The position numbers and the translations under genes were made by a program. Below are positions 21,143 through 30,805 of a stretch of DNA of 64,000 nucleotides, piece by piece. How positions within the stretch are numbered: the stretch's first letter is position 1; every line of letters starts with the position of its first letter. Source of the stretch: Candidatus Moanibacter sp. (lineage in GTDB: Bacteria; Verrucomicrobiota; Verrucomicrobiia; Opitutales; UBA2987); contig CBDCEW010000086.1 in assembly GCA_965215885.1 (NCBI GenBank), positions 1 through 64,000 of the forward strand. The letters are read 5' to 3'. The notes under the pieces are model-generated. The model worked only from the letters and a program-made list of their open reading frames with translations, ran no database searches and was not told the DNA's origin.

Positions 21143-21296
21143 TACCTAGTTAGAAATCGAGCTGACCCGAACGACGAAGTCGTCCGGCTGGAGTTTGGCC
21201 TTTTACTAGATAAATTGCGCCCCTATCTTCTTTTTTTCTTCTAAAGTAAGTATTTAGCTTGACTTGGATCTAGTTATTTAACTAGATCTATGGCCC

Positions 21297-21506
21297 ATGG
21301 GATTCTCAACTAAAGTTCAAGTCATCAAGCGTAAATGTAGCGAACAGTGGTATATCAATCTGCCCTCCGCCGTGGCTCAGGCGATGGAGTTTGGCAAAGG
21401 AGAGGTCGTGGAGTGGATTATTGCCGACAAAGGCCATCTGATCCTGGCCCGATCCCATGCCCCTCCCAATCCGGTGCGTGTAAAAAAAACGGCTCCTCAC
21501 TTCTAG
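21297..21506 (+). CDS. Small AbrB/MazE-like DNA-binding ORF (orfA of the IS)
   Basis: TKVQVIKR...QWYINLPSAVAQAMEFGKGEVVEW is a swapped-hairpin pattern. Confidence 0.7.
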   Translation: MGFSTKVQVIKRKCSEQWYINLPSAVAQAMEFGKGEVVEWIIADKGHLILARSHAPPNPVRVKKTAPHF

Positions 21507-22915
21507 AAACCTTGGAAGGGATAATTGGATCGTGTGCCAAAGCCTGTTCCACAGCGAGCTGCTTCAATCGCTTTAGAGAGCACATCTTGTGCACCCTTCT
21601 GTGTCTGGGCAGGCGTACTGTGACCGGGATCATCACGACGGGCGGACGCCAATACGATGATTGGAGCGCACACTACAGGATGTATTCGAAGAGCCGGGTC
21701 GACCCTGATGAGTGCTTCGCGCTTATCCGCGAGAAGATCGAGCGGATGCTCCCGCCCGGTAGGCCCATGGTCGTAGCACTTGACGACACCCTACGGCAAA
21801 AAAGTGGAACTCGTATCCACGGAGTGGGCTGGCGCAGAGATCCCCTCGGTCCCAAATTCCAAGTTAACCTCGTGCTCGCCCAGCGATTCATCCAACTTTC
21901 CGCCGCCCTTGCCGCAGAGGACGGTTCGGCCCGCATGATTCCTATTGATCTGACCCATGCGCCCTCCGCGCGCAAGCCGGGGGCAAAAGCCACACAGGAG
22001 CAGGTCCAATGCTATAAAGAGAGCAAAAAGCAGCTCAAACTCAATCGACAGGCAATAGAGCGCGTTGCACTGCTCAGAGACTCTATGGAGGTCGAACGCG
22101 AACTGATCGTCGTGGCCGACGGCAGCTATACCAATGGAGACTTCCTCAAGGCTCTGCCCGAACGCACCACCATGATCGGGCGCATCCGCAAGGACGCTAC
22201 GCTTTGCAAAATGCCCGGGCAGGCGCCCAAAACCGGACGCCGACCAAGCTACGGGCCAGAGATTCCCACGCCCGAACAGATTCGCAAGGACCAGGAAGTG
22301 CCGTGGGAATATGTGGAGGCCTTCGCGGCCGGTAAGCGCCACCGCTTTAAGGTCAAGAGGGTGAAGGATCTTTTGTGGCGCAAGAGCGGAGCAAAACGCC
22401 CTTTGCAGCTTTTGATCATTGCTCCGCTCCGATACCGGCTTCAGAAGAAGGCAAAGTTGCTCTACAGAAAGCCCGCTTACCTGATTTGCACCGATCCCCA
22501 ATTAGCGCTTGAAGAGTTTCTCCAATACTATCTTTGGCGCTGGCAGATAGAGCCCAACTTCCGCGATGAGAAGACCCTCTTAGGCATGGGCGAGGCCCAG
22601 GTCAGGACCGAAGCGTCCAACAGAAACCTTCCCGCCCTCAACGTGGCAGCCTACTCGATGTTGTGGCTGGCCTCCTACCAATCCGATCCCAAGCGCCATC
22701 AACAAGGCATCTTCGAGCCGGCCAAGTGGCGCACCGATAAACGTTCCATGCAGGGCCCAACCACATCAGACTTACTGCAGCAACTCAGATACGAGACTTG
22801 GGCGGGCAGTCTGCGACCATCGAGTTTCTCCCACTTCGTTGATCCTAAAAGTGGTACCCACAAGTCGGAGAAACTCAGCCCCCATCTTGCCAGCTCCCTC
22901 TTTCAAGCCGCTTAA
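21480..22915 (+). CDS. DDE transposase (orfB), probably reached by -1 frameshift from orfA; start approximate
   Basis: VVALDDT, VVADGSY, YLWRWQIEPNFRDEK motifs; -1 frame relative to orfA, overlapping at A8 21482-21489. Confidence 0.85.
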
Positions 22916-23288
22916 GAATTAACTCGTAGTTTCTACGTGACTCGAAACGGGCCAAACTCCAGCCGAACGACGAAGTCGTCCGGCTACGGGTTGGGGGCAC
23001 CAGCAATGGGCAGTGCGGAGGATAAATTGTAGCGAATTCTTCGGCTTCGGGTGTTGGACAAAATAACCAACATTCCATTCTTCCATCCTTCCATTCTACT
23101 TTTCCCGCTTTCGCGTGTTTTCGCGTCTTTAGCGGGCAATACCTCCTCGAACGAGAACGACTTTCGAGGGAAATTAAAGAAATCAACAGGGAAAGATTGA
23201 CTACACTTAATAGAAACGCGCCGGTTATTTCCTCGCCGTGCCTGATTCGTTGCTCGCCCTCCTACGTTGGTTGCGCTCGTAGGTTGAT

Positions 23289-24482
23289 TTAGGGCTTTCG
23301 GCGCGAGAAGCGGACTTTACTTTTCACCCCGGAGGGAGATTGGGTGAGGTCGCCGGCGTAGTGGTCGTCGCCGACGAGGATGAGGCTGTAGGTGGAGGAG
23401 GAGGGCTGACCGAAGACAGTGGTGCGGAGGGAGAAAGCCAGTTCTCCGGTCCGTGGATTCAGGTCGAATTCCGTAATCGCGATGGGCGTTCCTCGCGAGG
23501 CGGAAAAGGTGAGCGTGAAGCGGCCGTCATCGTTTTGCAGCTGGAAACCGGCCGATCCCATGGTGCCGCCGTGACGGATGTGGAATTCGCCGGCCATTTT
23601 GTCGGAAACGGGGGTGGGGTCGCGGTAGAACCCGGTGGCTTGCCATTGGGAGAGGAATCCCTCCTGTTTATCCTTTTCGGGGAGGATGAAGAAGAAATCG
23701 CGCGTGAGGGAGGAATGCTCCCACGGAATCTGATCCTCGCCACTTTCCTGCATGACATCGACGCGGACACGCTTGAAGATCGTTTCGATGGGCAGCGCGT
23801 CGCTCTGCATATGGGTGAGAAACCTCTCCGTGTAGAGCCCGTTTTTGCGGGTGCCGTCGGAGGCGTACTGTCCGGGCGCGGTGGCGAATGCGAGGAGGGT
23901 ATTGGCTCCCGATTCCATGGCGGCCAATCCACTTCCCCGATCTTCTTCGAGGGGGGGCAGGTATTCTCGGCATGCGTCGATGATAAGGATATTCACCTCG
24001 TTGTCGGTCTCGTTAAAGAGCTGGGCGACTCGACGAGCATTGAGGAATTCCCGATCGAGATCGGGCGTGCTTCGGATTTTCCCAAAGGCTACGGGAACGA
24101 GGTAGTTGATTCCACCGAGCTGGAGCCCGTGTCCGGAGAAATAAAAGAGCCCGATATCGGCGCCTTCGAGGCGTTTACGGAACTCCGCGAGGCCGTTCTC
24201 CATTTCAGCCAGCTCGGAATCTGCGAGATGGATGACTTCGAATCCGAGTCTGTCCAACGTGCGTTTCATCTCCCTGGCATCATTGAGCGTGTTGCGGAGC
24301 GGGGAATCGGCGTAGGTTCCGATACCGATCACGAGGGCGACCTTGCGCTCGTCGCGCATCTTGGCGAAGGGATCGTCTTCGCCGATGAGGGGGAAGGATA
24401 GGGAAAGAAGGAACCCGCCGGCGAGGGAGGCGAGGATCAATCGCGGTGCTGAGGAAAATTGAATGGAGGGTCGTGACAGCAT
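23289..24482 (-). CDS. Exported caspase-family (peptidase C14) protein
   Basis: ALVIGIGTY, FYFSGHG (His), IIDACR (Cys), NGLYT, QIPW; N-terminal hydrophobic signal. Confidence 0.92.
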   Translation of the reverse strand: MLSRPSIQFSSAPRLILASLAGGFLLSLSFPLIGEDDPFAKMRDERKVALVIGIGTYADSPLRNTLNDAREMKRTLDRLGFEVIHLADSELAEMENGLAEFRKRLEGADIGLFYFSGHGLQLGGINYLVPVAFGKIRSTPDLDREFLNARRVAQLFNETDNEVNILIIDACREYLPPLEEDRGSGLAAMESGANTLLAFATAPGQYASDGTRKNGLYTERFLTHMQSDALPIETIFKRVRVDVMQESGEDQIPWEHSSLTRDFFFILPEKDKQEGFLSQWQATGFYRDPTPVSDKMAGEFHIRHGGTMGSAGFQLQNDDGRFTLTFSASRGTPIAITEFDLNPRTGELAFSLRTTVFGQPSSSTYSLILVGDDHYAGDLTQSPSGVKSKVRFSRRKP

Positions 24483-24494
24483 GATATATCCTTA

Positions 24495-24788
24495 CTATAA
24501 CCGACTGTCGGACTTGTACGTGTTTAGCGTGATGGCAAAATGCCTTGGCTCGATGTTGGAAGCAAAGGGTCAAGCCTTAGAAGTGTCTGTTTTTCGGGGT
24601 CAGCCGCCTTAACAAATTGCCCTAAGCCTGCGAAGGGCGGTTTGTAAGGCCTGACCCCCTCAGCGAAGCGGAAAAACAGCCACTTCTTAAGGTCATGACC
24701 CCGAACGGCGAATAATTCTGCAAGAACTTTAAGACCATAAACCATCTCGCTAAACATGTACTCGGACTTGCCCGACAGTCGGTTATAG
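24495..24788. mobile_element. ~294-bp MITE-like element flanked by TA
   Basis: CCTTACTATAACCGACTGTCGG (24490-24511) is the exact reverse complement of 24772-24793; an inner IR pair GTACGTGTTTAGCGTGATGG / CCATCTCGCTAAACATGTAC is also present. Confidence 0.75.
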
Positions 24789-25447
24789 TAAGGCAGTGAT
24801 ATTCGCTTCAATCTCTTTCCAGACTCTCGAGTAGGAAATAAACCTTGGTTTGTCGACAATCGTGACCTTCAGAGTTTGAACGTCGACAAGGTATCGAAAA
24901 TAAATATCGATGCTTGGGCGGACCGTAAAATTTCCTTCTGAGCCGACCGGCACGACGATCCGGTCTTCCTTCATCTTCTTCCGGAACCGTTCGATGTGGA
25001 TCTCCCCGATATCGTTGAAATCCCGCTGCGTGATGGCCGGATCGGCTTGAGCGGAGAACAGGCTCCTCTTGGGCGGTCCGGTGGCCTCCCGTATGCGCGC
25101 AAGGGCGTCTTCCAGAATTGACCAGAATGTTTCTTCGGAGATCAGGGCGCGGCGAACGGAGCAGCGAAACGGAGAGCTTCTCAGTCTCGCCATCGTAGGA
25201 GTAAGCGGCCTTTATCGAACCCATCTCGACAGAGCCGGATGGGCCTTCTGGAAGAGAAATATCCGCGGCCAGCAGTTCCCCCCTGAGAACGGAAAAGGTG
25301 TCGGTGCTGACACCGGAAAAGACGCGTTCGGAAGCTGGTTGACTTCCCTCGCAAGGCACGGGAAATGAAGAGGCTCAAAGCAACCAGAAAGAGGAAACCG
25401 CGGAACTCGCAATGGGCACGAAAGAAGGTTGTGATAAATTGAGACAT
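24783..25447 (-). pseudogene. Exported protein with an internally duplicated ~75-aa domain, split by two single-base frameshifts
   Basis: Signal peptide in ORF 25181..25447; repeat 1 (VFSGVS...YSYDGETEKLSVSLLRSP|LISEETFWSILE) and repeat 2 (FNDIG...FRYLVDVQTLKVTIVDKPRFISYSRVWKEIE) lie in successive frames. Confidence 0.6.
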
Positions 25448-25535
25448 CCTTATCGTTTAGTTTGCTTTACTTGAGAAAAACCGGGATTTGAAAGCTCTCT
25501 TCTTCCTCTAGTAGTCGAATGGTAAGAATATCGAT

Positions 25536-26250
25536 ATGGTAAATGGATTCAACCTTTTCTCACGATTGCTTATCCTTCTCCTTCTGACAGGACTTGCAGG
25601 TAGAGTCTATAGCGTGGATACGGCTGTCAAATCGTTGGCTGGTCTTGCCTCGCTCAGTGTCGTGGATCTGTCGGACCCGGACCTTCCTGTCGAGTACGCC
25701 TTTTCGGATGGAACGGAAGCGGGTCCGGAACGCCGTCTGCGCCTCCGGTTTCAGGCAGAGGAAAAGGTTGAAGTCCTGGTCGCTTTTCTGTCCAAGGATA
25801 TGGAGCTGGATTTCTATCGCGACCGTGATCCCCAACTGTTTTCAGCGGAAAGCCATGAGGAGGAACCGGCGCCATCGATCGTGGAATGGAGTTGGGAGGA
25901 GGAGCAGGACCCGTTCGATCTTTACGTGCTTTTTTTCGACCCTCAGGATCCCAACCTGGAGGAGATACGCAGGATTGTTGTCCTGAGCGAAGAGCATCGA
26001 AACGCGCGCAGCCGGAGACGCCAGCTGGCGGTGAGTCTGAAGGGAAAATTGAATCAGATTCAGGCTGAGCGCTCCCGACTGATCGCGAGTGAAGGGCCAG
26101 TGGTGGCACGAATCGGGGGGTGCGCGTAAATCGTTTGGGGACCTGATCACGCGGAAGTTTGATTGGCAAAGGGATAGCGTGAGCACCCGATTTGGGGTAA
26201 AACAGACAGGCATCGTCATTTTCGATTACGAAGGGGAGGGAGAGGACTAA
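25536..26250 (+). CDS. Exported hypothetical protein; probable frameshift at G6 26115-26120
   Basis: Signal peptide; ORF stops at 26129, but removing one G continues GGARKSFGDLITRKFDWQRD...EGED* to 26250. Confidence 0.55.
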
Positions 26251-26309
26251 TGTGTGTTTTCCGGCCGTGGCGAATATCGCTTCGGAAGGACTCTGATATA
26301 TAAGAAAAT

Positions 26310-26505
26310 TAACCACGAATGACCTCGCGCAACGAAGCCGTAGCAAAAAGAGAATAAGAGAACCGCAGATGCACGCAAATGGACGCGAATGAAAAAGGAA
26401 ACTCCTACTTCCCTGGGTAACCTCGTCGCGAACCTTGTCCCGAACCTTGTCGGTCGCAATACATTCGATACCATCCGTGCCCATCCGTGTCATCCGCGGT
26501 AAAAT
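26310..26505. repeat. Dispersed composite repeat, inverted copy at ~42822-42970
   Basis: GAACCGCAGATGCACGCA.ATGGACGCGAATG..AAGGAAACTCCTACTTCCCT.GGTAACCTCGTCGCGAACCTTGTCCC matches the reverse complement of 42823-42918. Confidence 0.85.
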
Positions 26506-26572
26506 TCTCACTTGCTTCCTTTTTACTCACTTATCTCGTCTAACCGATTTTGGTAGATAGATTGAACCACTT

Positions 26573-28708
26573 ATGGAAGGCGATGAAGGGCGTTGGCTGA
26601 GGCGGCCTGAGTATTTGGTGTTACTTGCCTCTGCTTTTATAATTGCCAGTATCAGCCTCTTTCATCCGCAGCTGCGACTGCTGAATTTGCAGTGGTATGA
26701 TCTCGCCCTCAAAACCCACACTAAACTCGGCCTGGGAGCGGCGGTCAGTCCCCGATTCGTTCATGTTGGTATCGAGGATGAGGATCTGCTGGGCCGCAAT
26801 ACCCTTGAGTCTGAATATGCCCTGGTTGCTGACGTTATTGAGAAGGTGAAGAGGCTGGGGGCTTCGGTGATCGGAGTGGATGCTGTTTTCAAGCGGGCGG
26901 ACCGGAAATCGGCTGGAAAGCTGGTTGAAACGGCCATTGAGAACGGGCCGGTTGTGTTTGGCGAGGTGCTCCCGGTGGGTCCGGGAGGTTCCGGCAAAGT
27001 GATGCGCTCCTTCCCCTATCTTGAGGACGGATATCCCTACCAGGGATTCCTGAACGTGGAGGTTCAGGATGACGGCACCTTTCGGGATTACCGCCTAGTT
27101 CAGGTTGTCGGTAAGCGAATACAAGCCTCCTTTGCCTTCGCCATCTATATGGCGGATCAGGGTTTGAGGGTAGAGGAACTGGTGATTGATTGGCGAGGCG
27201 GAAGACTGATTTGGGAGATTTATGATGGGGAGAGCGGGACGTTTATTCCCCGGATTATCGGAGTCAAACCTGCCTACCTGAATTTCAAGGGGCCGCTCTT
27301 CCCGAAATTGAATGAGCGAGTTGAGGCTCAGTCCATCGCCGCGAACTATTTTCCTTATCTTTCGATCCTGCAGCTCAACAAATACGTAAGATTGGAGGAG
27401 GCAAACCGAAAGGCGCGTGGAGAGAAGGCGGGAAGAGATCCTTCGGAACTCCCGCTAGCCGGCAGGATCGTCCTGATCTCCTATGCCGTCACCGGGATTT
27501 CGGACATCGGGAGCACACCGTTCGGGGAAAACGAACCGTTGATTAGCCTGCACCTGAATGCCCTGAGCGGGCTCTTTGAAGAAGAATTGATCGAGGAGGC
27601 GGGAATTCGCATGCAGATCGTTTTCTTTACTGTATGCATCGGAGCAATGCTCCTCCTCACCCGGATTCGCAGGACATTCATTTTTCTCACCGGAACCCTT
27701 CTCACCGTCGTCGTGGTTCAAACCACCGCCTTCGGATTGCTTCCCTGGAAACAGATATTCGCTTCGCCCATGGGCGCTTCGCTCCTGCTTGTGGGAGTAG
27801 CGTGCACCGGGATCCTCCGGCGCTTTCTCCTCAACCTTTTCGAAAGGGAGCGACTCCATTCCACCTTTCGCCGCTACTTTTCAGTGGAAGTGTTTCGTGA
27901 AGTTCTCGAGAATCCGGATTCGCTCGAACCTAAAGTGGCGGAGATCACGGTTTTGCTATCTGATGTAAGGGATTTTACGTCGATCGCCGAAAAACATGAA
28001 GTGCACGAGGTATTTGAATACCTGAACCGTATCTTTGAAATCGAGACCCGCTGCGCCTTGATACATGAAGGCAACCTGCAGCACCTGACCGGAGATCAGT
28101 TTCTCGCCTACTGGGGGGCGCCAAACAAGGAACCGGATCATGCCGATAAGGCTTTGCGAGCAGCATTGAAGATTGTCGCGGAGCTGAAGGATCTGGCTGG
28201 GGAAAATGAAGAAGACAGGATTCCCTTCTCGGGCTGCGGGATTGCGCTTGATACGGGAACCGTCGGGGTGGGGAACCTGGGATCGATCCAGAGGCAGGAT
28301 TACTCAATTATCGGTGATTGCGTCAACGCGGCGGCACGCATAGAGGCTCTCACCAAAGTCTACCGAATACCGCTCCTAATCAGTGAAACGGCTTTGAGTC
28401 ACATGAAGGATAAACCGCCTCACCGTCTGATCGATGTCGTGGTGCTGAAAGGCCGGCAGGCACCCGTCCAGCTGTATGAAGTGGAAAGCGCGGCTTCGAG
28501 ACAGCCTTTCGATGATCTCGTAACGGCTTTTTCGAAGTCTTTTGAAGTCTACCGGAGCGGGGATTTCGCGGCCGCAGAAAAAAGCTTCCACGATGTGGCA
28601 GCAGAGTTTGACGATCCCGTGTCCGCCGCATTCGCCGAACGATGCAGGGGATTGCAGTCAGCGCCTCCGGAAAACTGGGACGGTGTGTTTGTGATGACGA
28701 CGAAGTGA
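26573..28708 (+). CDS. CHASE2-domain class III adenylate/guanylate cyclase
   Basis: N-terminal TM, CHASE2 (GASVIGVDAVF, TPFGE..PLISLH), 3 TMs, LLSDVRDFT, TGDQFLAYWGAP, IGDCVNAAARIE, WDGVF tail. Confidence 0.92.
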   Translation: MEGDEGRWLRRPEYLVLLASAFIIASISLFHPQLRLLNLQWYDLALKTHTKLGLGAAVSPRFVHVGIEDEDLLGRNTLESEYALVADVIEKVKRLGASVIGVDAVFKRADRKSAGKLVETAIENGPVVFGEVLPVGPGGSGKVMRSFPYLEDGYPYQGFLNVEVQDDGTFRDYRLVQVVGKRIQASFAFAIYMADQGLRVEELVIDWRGGRLIWEIYDGESGTFIPRIIGVKPAYLNFKGPLFPKLNERVEAQSIAANYFPYLSILQLNKYVRLEEANRKARGEKAGRDPSELPLAGRIVLISYAVTGISDIGSTPFGENEPLISLHLNALSGLFEEELIEEAGIRMQIVFFTVCIGAMLLLTRIRRTFIFLTGTLLTVVVVQTTAFGLLPWKQIFASPMGASLLLVGVACTGILRRFLLNLFERERLHSTFRRYFSVEVFREVLENPDSLEPKVAEITVLLSDVRDFTSIAEKHEVHEVFEYLNRIFEIETRCALIHEGNLQHLTGDQFLAYWGAPNKEPDHADKALRAALKIVAELKDLAGENEEDRIPFSGCGIALDTGTVGVGNLGSIQRQDYSIIGDCVNAAARIEALTKVYRIPLLISETALSHMKDKPPHRLIDVVVLKGRQAPVQLYEVESAASRQPFDDLVTAFSKSFEVYRSGDFAAAEKSFHDVAAEFDDPVSAAFAERCRGLQSAPPENWDGVFVMTTK

Positions 28709-29007
28709 GTTTTGACGGCATTGCAGCATTTAATTCTGCCAAAAGGTGGAGGAACAACTAAGGATGGGCTAGCGCAACGAAGCCGAAATCAAAAGAGAAA
28801 AAGAGAACCGGTCTGCCGTACGGCAGACCACGCAGATGGACCCGTCTCCGTCCTCCGGGCTTCGCCGTGGCATGCGCGAATAAAGAGGAAGGCACCACGA
28901 ATTCGAGCCGTCTTCGCTGCACTGCGCCGAGCCAGGGAAAACCGCGGATTGATTCAACGTTCAACACCGGTCTTCATTCTGCACCGTGTCTTTCGCAGAC
29001 GCAATCG

Positions 29008-29196
29008 ATCGCGGGATAAACCCGCTCCTACATTCTGTCGGATGGTCGAGCTGAGAATGGAGCCCTTGATTATTGCCAGGATGTAGGAGCTTAATCCATC
29101 GCGGGATAAACCCGCTCCTACATTCTGTCTGATGGTCAAGCTGAGAATGGAGCCTGTAATTACTGCCAGGATGTAGGAGCGGCTTTATGCCGCGAT
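29008..29196. repeat. GTAG-type REP/REPIN-like cluster with 90-bp tandem duplication
   Basis: ATCGCGGGATAAACCCGCTCCTAC at 29008 and 29098; inverted GTAGGAGCGGCTTTATGCCGCGAT at 29173. Confidence 0.85.
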
Positions 29197-29390
29197 GGGA
29201 ACTTCGGAGGGCTCCCGCATTCCTCTACCAGAGAAGTCTGTACTCAGCCGTAGCGGAATCCGGGAGGATTTCGGAAAGTCGGCCGCTGGGATTGAGAAGG
29301 GCTTCGTTTGGCCGCAGTGAGCCCCAACAGCAGAAATGCTTCCGCATTCCTCTACGCGCTCCTATGTGGCTCTTGAGGGTTCGTCCAAGT

Positions 29391-30548
29391 TCAGCGCACG
29401 CGAGTCATTGCGCCGAGAAGCTTGAAGAAAAGAAAGAGAATAATGGGAATTCCGATGATCGCGATCAGGACCCATTTCAGCGCCTTTTCCGGGATTCCCA
29501 GACTGGCCATGAGACCGTATACCTTGTCGAGAAATGTCTGCTCAGGGGCCGCCGTTTCGGCGTCGAAGGTATCTCCCCAAAGGATCTGACCGGTTTCCAT
29601 TTCGGCGACGGTCATACTGAGGACGACCCGCGCCGTGTCGTCGTTCACGTCCGCCTGCCGAATGCGGCCGAAGAGGACGGCATCGCGAAAGCCGTCGGAA
29701 CGTGGAGTCGCGGCGGCCGCATCCCCTTCCAGGACCTGGCGAATGATGAGGGCCATGTTCTGGAGTTCCGAAAGGCCGTTATTGGACAGTTCGGAGGCGA
29801 TCTTGTTTACGGTGCGGCGCCCTTTCTGTCCGGCTACAGCCGAAAAGAACTGAAGGTCGTTTCCGCCGCCGCGGACGAGGTAGGGGAGAACGACTTCCAT
29901 GGCGGCGAGGTTATCGTTCATCATGGCAAGGGGGTAGATCCTGTATTTCCCTTTTTCTCTCATGTCACTCTCAAATCGTTGTTGCGCCTTACCGGCAAGA
30001 TCCAGAAGCACTTGAGACAGTGCCTTACTGGTGACGAGTTCCGGCTCGGGTCGAACGACGCCCTCCACGTTACCGGACCAGAGTACCTCCCATGTCTCTA
30101 CATCCCGCAGGACAAGGGAAAAGCGGGCGATGGCTTCCGCTTCCGAATCCGACAGTTCACGTATGCTTCCGAGCAGAACGGCCCCTACGCCTTTGATCCG
30201 GCCAAACTGCGGAATCGTTAACGGGTCCATGATATCGCCCTTGCGCACGCCTTTTTCAATTTCGGCCACGAGCAACTCGTATTCCGGCGGATTGCTTGTG
30301 ATAAAGGTAAAGGGTCCGGGGTAGCGGCTGAGTTCGGCTCGAAAGACCGAGGAAATATCCTGAAAATCATTGGGGAAGGGAAGGAAGGCAACATTCATCG
30401 GCTCGAGGCTCCGATTTGTCATCGCCTTGATGGTTTCGTAGGCGGAATCCTGGACCGCGTAATCAAGTTCCCGGGGGCCTCCATATGAGTTGGAGGAAAG
30501 GAAAATGGAGGTCGCGAGGAGAAGAGTAAGCGTAGTAAATATGCGCAT
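29391..30548 (-). CDS. Exported protein with two CsgG/LpoB-like domains and a C-terminal TM anchor
   Basis: Signal MRIFTTLTLL; repeated motif AVLxGxI...ARxxLxxxxxETxxxLW; C-terminal hydrophobic helix. Confidence 0.7.
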   Translation of the reverse strand: MRIFTTLTLLLATSIFLSSNSYGGPRELDYAVQDSAYETIKAMTNRSLEPMNVAFLPFPNDFQDISSVFRAELSRYPGPFTFITSNPPEYELLVAEIEKGVRKGDIMDPLTIPQFGRIKGVGAVLLGSIRELSDSEAEAIARFSLVLRDVETWEVLWSGNVEGVVRPEPELVTSKALSQVLLDLAGKAQQRFESDMREKGKYRIYPLAMMNDNLAAMEVVLPYLVRGGGNDLQFFSAVAGQKGRRTVNKIASELSNNGLSELQNMALIIRQVLEGDAAAATPRSDGFRDAVLFGRIRQADVNDDTARVVLSMTVAEMETGQILWGDTFDAETAAPEQTFLDKVYGLMASLGIPEKALKWVLIAIIGIPIILFLFFKLLGAMTRVR

Positions 30549-30805
30549 GGTAACTATCTGATTGTAAGTGATCATAAAGGAGCTCCCGTGAAGTTTGCAA
30601 TCATACAAGAGGCTTATTCGTGCCTGCACGACAAAGATCGGATTCCTTGTCTCCAGGAGCCTATCGGCAAAGTCCGACAAGTTGCTGGCCCATATATTTC
30701 ACGCGGTCTCGCTACGAAGTGTGAATTGTCCGGGCTGGCGGTCTGTTTTTTTGTTTGAGATGGCATGGAGTTCCTATATAAATCCGAAATAGAGGGGGGG
30801 TATTT

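Larger units (their letters stand above)
21185..22965 (+). mobile_element. ~1.78-kb IS (IS701/IS4-superfamily DDE) with perfect 16-bp TIRs and a long target duplication
   Basis: CGGCTGGAGTTTGGCC (21185-21200) / GGCCAAACTCCAGCCG (22950-22965); AACGACGAAGTCGTC repeated at 21170-21184 and 22966-22980. Confidence 0.9.

Noticed and set aside
23340..24401. 353-aa plus-strand ORF
   Set aside because: Antisense shadow of the caspase gene
29187..30221. 344-aa plus-strand ORF
   Set aside because: Antisense to the CsgG-like gene and starts inside a REP repeat
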